Under the pieces are notes generated by a model. That model saw only the letters and a list, made by a program, of their open reading frames with translations. It made no database searches and was not told the DNA's origin. DNA of 64,000 nt from Escherichia phage vB_EcoM_ECO78, in sequence record PP526941.1; one strand, given 5' to 3'. Position numbers and translations under genes: made by a program. This document shows positions 57,668 to 64,000 of the stretch, one piece after another (the first letter of the stretch is position 1; every line of letters begins with the position of its first letter).

Positions 57668-59761
57668 TTATCCTTGAACGAACTTGTAAGGCATGTTTGT
57701 AATATCTATGCAAGACGCAATAATTCCAAGAGATGATTCTACTTTTTGTTTAACATTTGATGAAACAAACGATGCAAAGTCAACTCTGTCTTCTATTTCA
57801 ATATCACCTGTCATTGCAACTACTTCACCGGTTTCCATTAGACGGTCACCGTCATAAATTACTGATTCGGTGAGTTCTTCCGTAGTCATAACTTCAGCTT
57901 GAATGAGTTTTGTATTATTAGATGTTGTTCCGTCATTATTAGAAGCATCAGTTATTTTATTAACTTTGACCATCAATCCGCGTGGTAGAATAACTTCAGC
58001 TTCTGTTGCTATTCCGAGACTTCCTGGATATACAACATTAACTTTATGAGCTCCATCAATTGCCCATCCTATTTGAACTTTAACGTATTCAGGATTTTCT
58101 TTATACGCTCTTATTTCGTTTGGATTAATAGTTATTCCTTCTTCATTTTTATCAACTGTCAATTCATTACGAGCTTCTGGTTCTAAAAGACCAATACCAG
58201 CATGCGTAATTCCAAAACGTCCAAAAATGATAGGAGTTAAAGAAGTAGATACAAAATTTCTGAAATAAAACACTTTATTTTTAACTAGTGCTTCGTATAT
58301 AGGAGCAGTCATGCTTTGAGCACGATAAACTGTAATGCCTTCTGGTATACGGTCACCGTTTTCAAAAGCTGAATCTAAGTTATTTATAGCAGATTCAATT
58401 TCTTTTTCACTCATTACATCATATCGTTCTGGATTGTAGCGACCCAAAAGAAGATTATTGATGTCAGTATATCCTGAACCGCAATACTCTCTAATGCCGC
58501 GCTTTTGTGATGGAGTATATTTAGAACCATCACGGGCAATAGTAATATCAATCATTGGACCTGCACCAATTCCAGAAAAGCTATAAATCATTCGTTTGAG
58601 GAATTTAGTTTTTGCTGCGTTCCAGGAATTTTTAGTTATTTCTTCCCAGACTTCATCTGGCTGTCCTTTACGGGTTTTATTATGTTTATCAAGCCAATTA
58701 TCTTTATATTCTTCAAAGAATTTATTAACAGCTGCTGCGTATTTCTCTAAACATTTTATTGAAGTAGTTGGTTCATTTTTAATCGCATTAAGAATTACAT
58801 CTTTAATTTTTTCAGAAACTTCATCAACCTCACTTTTTGAAAAGAATTTATAGTCATAGTGAAGTTCATTTGCAGTTCCTTCAGCAATAATTTTTGCTGC
58901 CTTAGTTTTAGAAGCTAATGAATTAATTCCAAGCTTCATTTCTTCTGCTTCGGGAATTAAAGGAGCGGTAGCAGGTTTATTAAAATTAGCTGCGGTAGAT
59001 TCATACTTCTGGAATAATTCACTTTCAAATCTAGAAGATTCTAATGATTGACTTTGCGCAATTGCTCTACGGGAAATTTTAACTTTAACAATAACAGCTT
59101 GGTCAGAACGTTTATCATTTTCTTGTGCAATAGATGCTGCAATTGCCTCATTTTTAGTTACTTGAGCTCCAGTATCTTTATTGATATAAACATCACCGAC
59201 CTTCGATTCAACTTTAGTAAAGAGCTCGGTACTAATTTCCGGAACTCCTGGAATGTCTTCTAGTGATACATTTTTGCGATGTATAAGAATATATGCATAC
59301 TTTTTATCATAATCCCAGAGTTCCTTAAGAAGGACGTATCTGCCACCTGAACGACTACGGATGAGCCTATCAGCAATAACTTGAATTTGTCGAGCTTGGC
59401 CAGCAGTTTTAGACTTAAGAATACGAAGCATACAAGCATCAATTTTATACTGACGCATAGTTTGCATTGCAACAGTAAAAACTGAATTGATATAATTAAT
59501 TGGGCTTGGTCCAAGACCTTTTAATTTAGCAATTGAACCTTTAGCAGTTAATGTAAAAGGAACAATATGCATCATTTTATCGCCCATCTTTAAATCACGA
59601 TTAGTATCACCTCCAGATGTATAGGTACATAAACGAAAGCCTGGTTGTTCAATTGCATCATCAACATGAACTGAAAAAATTTGCGGTATTTTCTTCTTTG
59701 GATTTAAGTTTGTAATCGGAAGAGTAGTATCTTCGTCAAATAATTCTGTAATGAGTTCCAT
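57668..59761 (-). CDS. alt: Alt, capsid-packaged NAD:protein ADP-ribosyltransferase, 697 aa from the second ATG
   Basis: MELITELFDEDTTLPITNLNPKKK...; ART motifs YRAQ, FVSTSL, TEAEVILPRG; GAGAGGA RBS; late promoter upstream. Confidence 0.88.
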   Translation of the reverse strand: MELITELFDEDTTLPITNLNPKKKIPQIFSVHVDDAIEQPGFRLCTYTSGGDTNRDLKMGDKMMHIVPFTLTAKGSIAKLKGLGPSPINYINSVFTVAMQTMRQYKIDACMLRILKSKTAGQARQIQVIADRLIRSRSGGRYVLLKELWDYDKKYAYILIHRKNVSLEDIPGVPEISTELFTKVESKVGDVYINKDTGAQVTKNEAIAASIAQENDKRSDQAVIVKVKISRRAIAQSQSLESSRFESELFQKYESTAANFNKPATAPLIPEAEEMKLGINSLASKTKAAKIIAEGTANELHYDYKFFSKSEVDEVSEKIKDVILNAIKNEPTTSIKCLEKYAAAVNKFFEEYKDNWLDKHNKTRKGQPDEVWEEITKNSWNAAKTKFLKRMIYSFSGIGAGPMIDITIARDGSKYTPSQKRGIREYCGSGYTDINNLLLGRYNPERYDVMSEKEIESAINNLDSAFENGDRIPEGITVYRAQSMTAPIYEALVKNKVFYFRNFVSTSLTPIIFGRFGITHAGIGLLEPEARNELTVDKNEEGITINPNEIRAYKENPEYVKVQIGWAIDGAHKVNVVYPGSLGIATEAEVILPRGLMVKVNKITDASNNDGTTSNNTKLIQAEVMTTEELTESVIYDGDRLMETGEVVAMTGDIEIEDRVDFASFVSSNVKQKVESSLGIIASCIDITNMPYKFVQG

Positions 59762-59784
59762 CATATCCTCTCTAGTGTTTATTC

Positions 59785-59792
59785 TATTTATA
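59785..59792 (-). promoter_or_regulatory. late promoter TATAAATA (minus strand) for alt
   Basis: Exact TATAAATA on the minus strand about 24 nt upstream of the alt ATG. Confidence 0.55.
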
Positions 59793-59797
59793 AAATT

Positions 59798-59815
59798 AAA
59801 GGCCCGAAGGCCTTT
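59798..59815 (-). other. intercistronic UUCG-tetraloop hairpin (AAAGGCC-UUCG-GGCCUUU) upstream of alt
   Basis: Perfect 7-bp stem; lies between the 62-aa ORF stop and the alt late promoter. Confidence 0.45.
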
Positions 59816-60002
59816 AATAATCTATTGGTAAGAGAGTACGATATATTTCAAACTTTGGACCTTTTTCATAGGCATCAAATGTTTCTGTGAATTTATTATA
59901 AGCATATGCATCTATAAATTCAATCATGATTTGTGATACAGAAGTAGAAACATCTCCACCTTCTTTTTGAGCCACGACAATTGTTTCTAAGTAAGCTTTC
60001 AT
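59814..60002 (-). CDS. hypothetical small protein, 62 aa
   Basis: ATG overlapping the ligase stop (ATGA). Confidence 0.5.
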   Translation of the reverse strand: MKAYLETIVVAQKEGGDVSTSVSQIMIEFIDAYAYNKFTETFDAYEKGPKFEIYRTLLPIDY

Positions 60003-61462
60003 AAACCAGTTACCTCATGAAAATCACCAAATACATCTTCGAATGTATTAGCTTTAGTTTTATCTTCACGCAAACGAATCGCAATTGGAAGAAATAATTT
60101 AACGTAATCGGTGCGGCCATCAGATTTTAACCAACCGTTGCATTCGCACTCTAGAATTTTTCCAATATAATAATTTTGGTTTTCCATAATGCGAGTACGG
60201 TCAAGTTCATGCGATTTTACACCGGCTTTATCTTTTAAGCCTGAACCAGCATTTACTTTAATTTTTCCACACTCTGACTCAAGAATAAATCCACCCGCTT
60301 TAGTAGGGTCTTTACGGTGAGGATAAATTCCTACAATTTTTAAATCAACATCAATTACTTCTTTAAATTTATAGAGATTTTTTGAACGAGCATTTTCCCA
60401 TAATCCATCGATATTTTTGAGAATAATACCTTCAAGACCTTGGTCAATATACTTTTTATAAATTACCTTAGCTTCATCCAGGTTATTTACTACTTGGTTT
60501 TCAATTAAAATTACTTTATCATAGCCTGATGTCATTTGTTCTAGTTTAGAAAAACGTACATCATATTTCAAACGAAATGCTGGAAGACCGTATATTTCTA
60601 CCAACGGTACATAATCCCAGACCTGAAACTTCATGCATTGTGCTTCTTTTTCTGAAATAGTTCCCTTTAAAGATTTATTGGCGATGCCATTAGATGCAGT
60701 ACGTGATTCAGCTACTTCTGTGAAGTCTTTAGCTTTACTGTTTTCAGGGTGAGCATCAAAAAGAAAATCTAGGCCTTCTGGTTCCTTTTCAACTTGCTCA
60801 TGGTATACCAATTCGCCATCAATTAACACACCTTCTGGATGAATCTGGCGGGCTTCAGCAGTCATTTTGATTAATTCTTCCTTAAGAAGATCTAATCCTA
60901 GATATTCATTACCAGCTCGTGATAAAAGACGAACATCATCTAATTCATCGCCTCGGACTTCAGCAAAACACCGAGCTCCATCAGCTTTTAACTGGGCAAA
61001 GGCTGGAAATTTGATATTCTTATTAATGCCTTTTTCATCATAAGAACTTGCTAGCATTTGAGGTTGTTCAGGAATTAAACCTGGCCAAACTTTGTTTGCA
61101 ATAGATACTGAAGCACCACATTCAAGGTCTCGCATCATCACTCGACGCAAAACTTCAACATCATCTTTTTTACCGTCAGTAATATAACCTACTAATTCCT
61201 CAATTGCCGCATTTCCAGTCAATTTCCGAGTAGCTAACGTGAATTCAATGAAGTCAAGCATATCGGTAAGAGTCAACATTCCAAAACTCTGGGTAGCAAT
61301 ACCAGGTTTAGGCCATTTCTTGATATAATATTGTAACCCACGAGAATAAGTCAGACGATATACTCGTTTAAGCAATTCATTATCTTTATTCTTTTCAAGA
61401 ATTGCTTGCTTCTGCTTAGTTGAACCAATAGATGCTATTTCGTTCAGAATTTTAAGAATCAT
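59999..61462 (-). CDS. 30: ATP-dependent DNA ligase (gp30), 487 aa
   Basis: MILKILNEIASIGSTKQKQAILEKNKDNELLKRVY...; adenylation motif KADGARC. Confidence 0.95.
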   Translation of the reverse strand: MILKILNEIASIGSTKQKQAILEKNKDNELLKRVYRLTYSRGLQYYIKKWPKPGIATQSFGMLTLTDMLDFIEFTLATRKLTGNAAIEELVGYITDGKKDDVEVLRRVMMRDLECGASVSIANKVWPGLIPEQPQMLASSYDEKGINKNIKFPAFAQLKADGARCFAEVRGDELDDVRLLSRAGNEYLGLDLLKEELIKMTAEARQIHPEGVLIDGELVYHEQVEKEPEGLDFLFDAHPENSKAKDFTEVAESRTASNGIANKSLKGTISEKEAQCMKFQVWDYVPLVEIYGLPAFRLKYDVRFSKLEQMTSGYDKVILIENQVVNNLDEAKVIYKKYIDQGLEGIILKNIDGLWENARSKNLYKFKEVIDVDLKIVGIYPHRKDPTKAGGFILESECGKIKVNAGSGLKDKAGVKSHELDRTRIMENQNYYIGKILECECNGWLKSDGRTDYVKLFLPIAIRLREDKTKANTFEDVFGDFHEVTGL

Positions 61463-61728
61463 TGCTCATCCTTTAGAGTTTGGTTTACAGCTCTATTATA
61501 AATCAATTCATCATTAAGCTCAGTCAAAGACCTATGATATGTAGTTCTAACTTTATTTCCTTGCATCCAATGCTTGACGTAAATGAAACCTTGCTCTACA
61601 CATTTTTTAAAAATTCGTTCGTCTTTTTGAGCTCGGAATTCTGGATTGCATCTAAAAAATTGATTTACGTGACCATAATCACGTGTAGTATTACCTTCAT
61701 TTTCATAAATAGTGTGAACAACAAACAT
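61459..61728 (-). CDS. hypothetical protein, 89 aa (30.1-like position)
   Basis: ATG overlapping the upstream stop; coupled gene series. Confidence 0.6.
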   Translation of the reverse strand: MFVVHTIYENEGNTTRDYGHVNQFFRCNPEFRAQKDERIFKKCVEQGFIYVKHWMQGNKVRTTYHRSLTELNDELIYNRAVNQTLKDEQ

Positions 61729-62582
61729 TAGAATGCTCCTTGGAAAATATTATCACCACTACCACTAGTAAGTCTATTAAAATACCCTGCATCGCCGGGC
61801 TTAATATAACTCCACGTATGGAATGGATGCATCTGGTGTGAGTGCGTATAATATGGATGATATGGATTATAAGGATTAAATCCAGGAGTTCTCCAGGTAG
61901 TGTTCCAGCGAAAAGAATCGTTTTTAATCATCTTCTCAATTACATCTTTTATAGCTTTTTCACTATCAAAATTTTCTTTATTTTCCTTCAATGGAAAAAG
62001 CTTATTCTCTACATCATTCCATGTATAAACTCGCTGTGCAGTTTTTGGAATATTGTCACGCTCTCCTCGAGCCATCCAATACACAGGAACACGTAATATT
62101 TCACTCGCATGATCGCAGTGGTGAGCGAGATCGTCAATATAACAAATTACGTTATATTTCTCTTTTGCCTTTTTGAACAACTCTTCTTTTGAAGAATCAT
62201 GACCACACATCATTACTTCCGAGAAGGCACCAGGAAAAAGAGCATTCAAATTAAATTGACGATTCAACAAAGCGTCAATAGAATCACCCAATGCTGTAAC
62301 AGCTACAAAATTATAATCTTCTTTTAATTTGTTAATTACACACAGGGCATCTTTATATGGAGACAAATAACGAATAAAATCTGATCGATTGTATTTTTCA
62401 ATTAGCTTAACGCCAAGTTCTTCATCACAATTAAAGAGTTTACCTGGAGAAATAAATTTCTCATCCTGGATCATTTTTAAAATATGTTCCAACGGAAGAT
62501 TATATTTCTGAGCAAAATAAGGAAGGCCTGATTGCCAGCTTAAACATACTCCATCAATATCAGTTAAAATAGTAGGCTTCAT
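61728..62582 (-). CDS. HAD-superfamily hydrolase-like protein (possible nucleotidase/phosphatase), 284 aa
   Basis: N-terminal motif ILTDIDGV (DxDG HAD motif I); C-terminal low-complexity Pro/Tyr/His-rich tail. Confidence 0.6.
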   Translation of the reverse strand: MKPTILTDIDGVCLSWQSGLPYFAQKYNLPLEHILKMIQDEKFISPGKLFNCDEELGVKLIEKYNRSDFIRYLSPYKDALCVINKLKEDYNFVAVTALGDSIDALLNRQFNLNALFPGAFSEVMMCGHDSSKEELFKKAKEKYNVICYIDDLAHHCDHASEILRVPVYWMARGERDNIPKTAQRVYTWNDVENKLFPLKENKENFDSEKAIKDVIEKMIKNDSFRWNTTWRTPGFNPYNPYHPYYTHSHQMHPFHTWSYIKPGDAGYFNRLTSGSGDNIFQGAF

Positions 62583-63043
62583 AGAGAGTCTCTTAATAGG
62601 TTTAACACATCAATAAATTCAGCTTCGGTTAGTATTGTATCATCTTTTGTTAGACCACTAGCCATGCTGTGCTTCAAAACTTTTCCTTTCGAGGCTTGTA
62701 ATGCATCACGAAAGCCCTTGTTTTGGATCGCTGCTTCAAAATATGCATTTGTGTATAATTCTTTCCACGCCGGGGAGTATCTTGAAAATGGAACTCCAAG
62801 CCAGAAGAGGGTCCCACGGTCCTGAGCTCTAGCATAAGCTCGTCCAGCTTGTTGGGCGGCAAGCCCGGATAACCCAAATATACGTCTTTGCTGTTCAACA
62901 TTTTTCACTTTACATCCTTGAAGGAATCCTTCGAGACCTCCAAATTGAATGCCATCCATAACGAAAGGCCATTGGGCGAAATTACTTAATGCACATGATG
63001 GCCATCTAAAATTACTTCTAATCTCTAACTCAGACATTTTCAA
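62579..63043 (-). CDS. NADAR (YbiA/DUF1768)-like protein, possible ADP-ribose-processing enzyme, 154 aa
   Basis: Motif LSNFAQWPFVMDGIQF...EGFLQGCKV resembles the NADAR N-terminal core (SNF..WP...DG....E.F.Q.K). Confidence 0.5.
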   Translation of the reverse strand: MKMSELEIRSNFRWPSCALSNFAQWPFVMDGIQFGGLEGFLQGCKVKNVEQQRRIFGLSGLAAQQAGRAYARAQDRGTLFWLGVPFSRYSPAWKELYTNAYFEAAIQNKGFRDALQASKGKVLKHSMASGLTKDDTILTEAEFIDVLNLLRDSL

Positions 63044-63236
63044 TGCTTATAATTTCAACATCAGCCCAATGACCATAGCAAGGAAGACGAAATTCAACTG
63101 GCCAGTTAGGGTCCTTTTCTAATATAATAGACTCAACTTGTGGTTCTTCGTGTTCATCAGTATACGGATTTTTATCTGTTACTTTATATGTGACCTTAAT
63201 GTACTGAATTCCAAAAATCTTATTAATTATATTCAT
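63030..63236 (-). CDS. hypothetical protein, 68 aa
   Basis: ORF overlapping its neighbours in a coupled minus-strand series. Confidence 0.5.
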   Translation of the reverse strand: MNIINKIFGIQYIKVTYKVTDKNPYTDEHEEPQVESIILEKDPNWPVEFRLPCYGHWADVEIISIENV

Positions 63237-63430
63237 ACTAATTCCTTTAATCCGTAAATAGGAGATAATTCATCACCCATACGAAGGTCTTCATTTCCAT
63301 CTACCCAGGAAACAATATAAGCCTCTTTTATTTGAATACCACTCCATTTAAATGGAGATAGAACCTTAGAAATTAATCCAGGTATACCAACTCCCTTTAA
63401 TTCAACAGTTTGACCTAAAAAGAATTTCAT
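63233..63430 (-). CDS. hypothetical protein, 65 aa
   Basis: ORF in the coupled series; start overlaps the upstream stop. Confidence 0.5.
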   Translation of the reverse strand: MKFFLGQTVELKGVGIPGLISKVLSPFKWSGIQIKEAYIVSWVDGNEDLRMGDELSPIYGLKELV

Positions 63431-63717
63431 TAGAACCTCATCTGAAAACCGTGCGATTTAACATTACCTCCGCCAATATCAGAAATATTAATTTCACGCG
63501 CAATTGAAGGGTCAATGTCAATTTCACGATTGAGTTTAGTGATAGCTAAAGTATCGCGCCCATTTACAGTACGGAACTCTAAAGGACAAACCACATCAAC
63601 GTAGTTTTTAATCGATTCGCTAGTAGGTTGCAAATGTGCAGGAAGGTCTTTAGGTGCCTTTGAGAAAACCACTTCACAGAAATTTTTGCGGGTATCAAAA
63701 TAAGTAGTCATAAACAT
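63430..63717 (-). CDS. hypothetical protein, 95 aa
   Basis: ATG with GAGGAAA RBS; preceded on the mRNA by a GGGGC-UUCG-GCCCC hairpin. Confidence 0.6.
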   Translation of the reverse strand: MFMTTYFDTRKNFCEVVFSKAPKDLPAHLQPTSESIKNYVDVVCPLEFRTVNGRDTLAITKLNREIDIDPSIAREINISDIGGGNVKSHGFQMRF

Positions 63718-63757
63718 AACATTTTCCTCAATAGGGGCCGAAGCCCCTCATTTATTT

Positions 63758-63988
63758 TTAAATATCAAATTCGTTAAGAACTACATCAAAGACTGCTTCC
63801 AAGTGCTCAGGTTTAGCTTTGTTACTCAGAATATGACGAATCCAAGTTTTAACTAAGAGTTTACGATTAACACCATTCCAGCAAGGATGAGTCCCTAAAT
63901 CGCGTTGACGAAAATCATCATCCAAAGCGATTTTGAAGTTGGAACCTTCCATTGTGATTGAAACCGTGATGCCATTTTCAAATCGCAT
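63758..63988 (-). CDS. hypothetical protein, 76 aa or longer (start may lie beyond the window end)
   Basis: ATG at 63986-63988 without an obvious RBS; the frame stays open to position 64000. Confidence 0.4.
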   Translation of the reverse strand: MRFENGITVSITMEGSNFKIALDDDFRQRDLGTHPCWNGVNRKLLVKTWIRHILSNKAKPEHLEAVFDVVLNEFDI

Positions 63989-64000
63989 ATAAACGTAGTT

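Noticed and set aside
56089-59514. Small ORFs inside the alt paralogs (56089..56316, 58596..58853, 59048..59263, 59260..59514)
   Set aside because: They are nested within or antisense to the long alt reading frames and lack translation signals.

Overview
This window is a contiguous segment of a T4-like (Tevenvirinae-type) myovirus genome, read entirely from sequence and recalled T4 protein features; no database search was run. Left part (1-8900, minus strand): early and accessory genes, three internal-protein-like genes with capsid-targeting N-termini, a candidate stable-RNA locus, and ten minus-strand tRNAs in two blocks split by an endonuclease-like ORF. Centre (8130-40801): the late morphogenesis block 57A-1-3-2-4 (minus) and 53-5-5.4-6-7-8-9-10-11-12-wac-13-14-15-16-17-18-19-20-67-68-21-22-23-24 (plus), with ORF lengths matching T4 as I recall them. 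Right part: rnlB, hoc (with an internal 288-bp tandem duplication), inh, a GIY-YIG segE-like gene, uvsW, uvsY, baseplate hub genes 25-26-51-27-28-29-48-54, two tandem Alt-type ADP-ribosyltransferase paralogs, DNA ligase, then a HAD-like and a NADAR-like gene. Regulatory signals are T4-typical: TATAAATA late promoters, sigma70-like early promoters with a conserved extended -35, one MotA-type middle promoter, and many tetraloop hairpins. No CRISPR array, rRNA or integrase was found. The most noteworthy loci are the Alt paralog pair with the nearby NADAR/HAD genes, the enlarged tRNA cluster with its embedded ORF, the non-coding structured block at 3346-3656, and the unknown early operon at 5589-6996.
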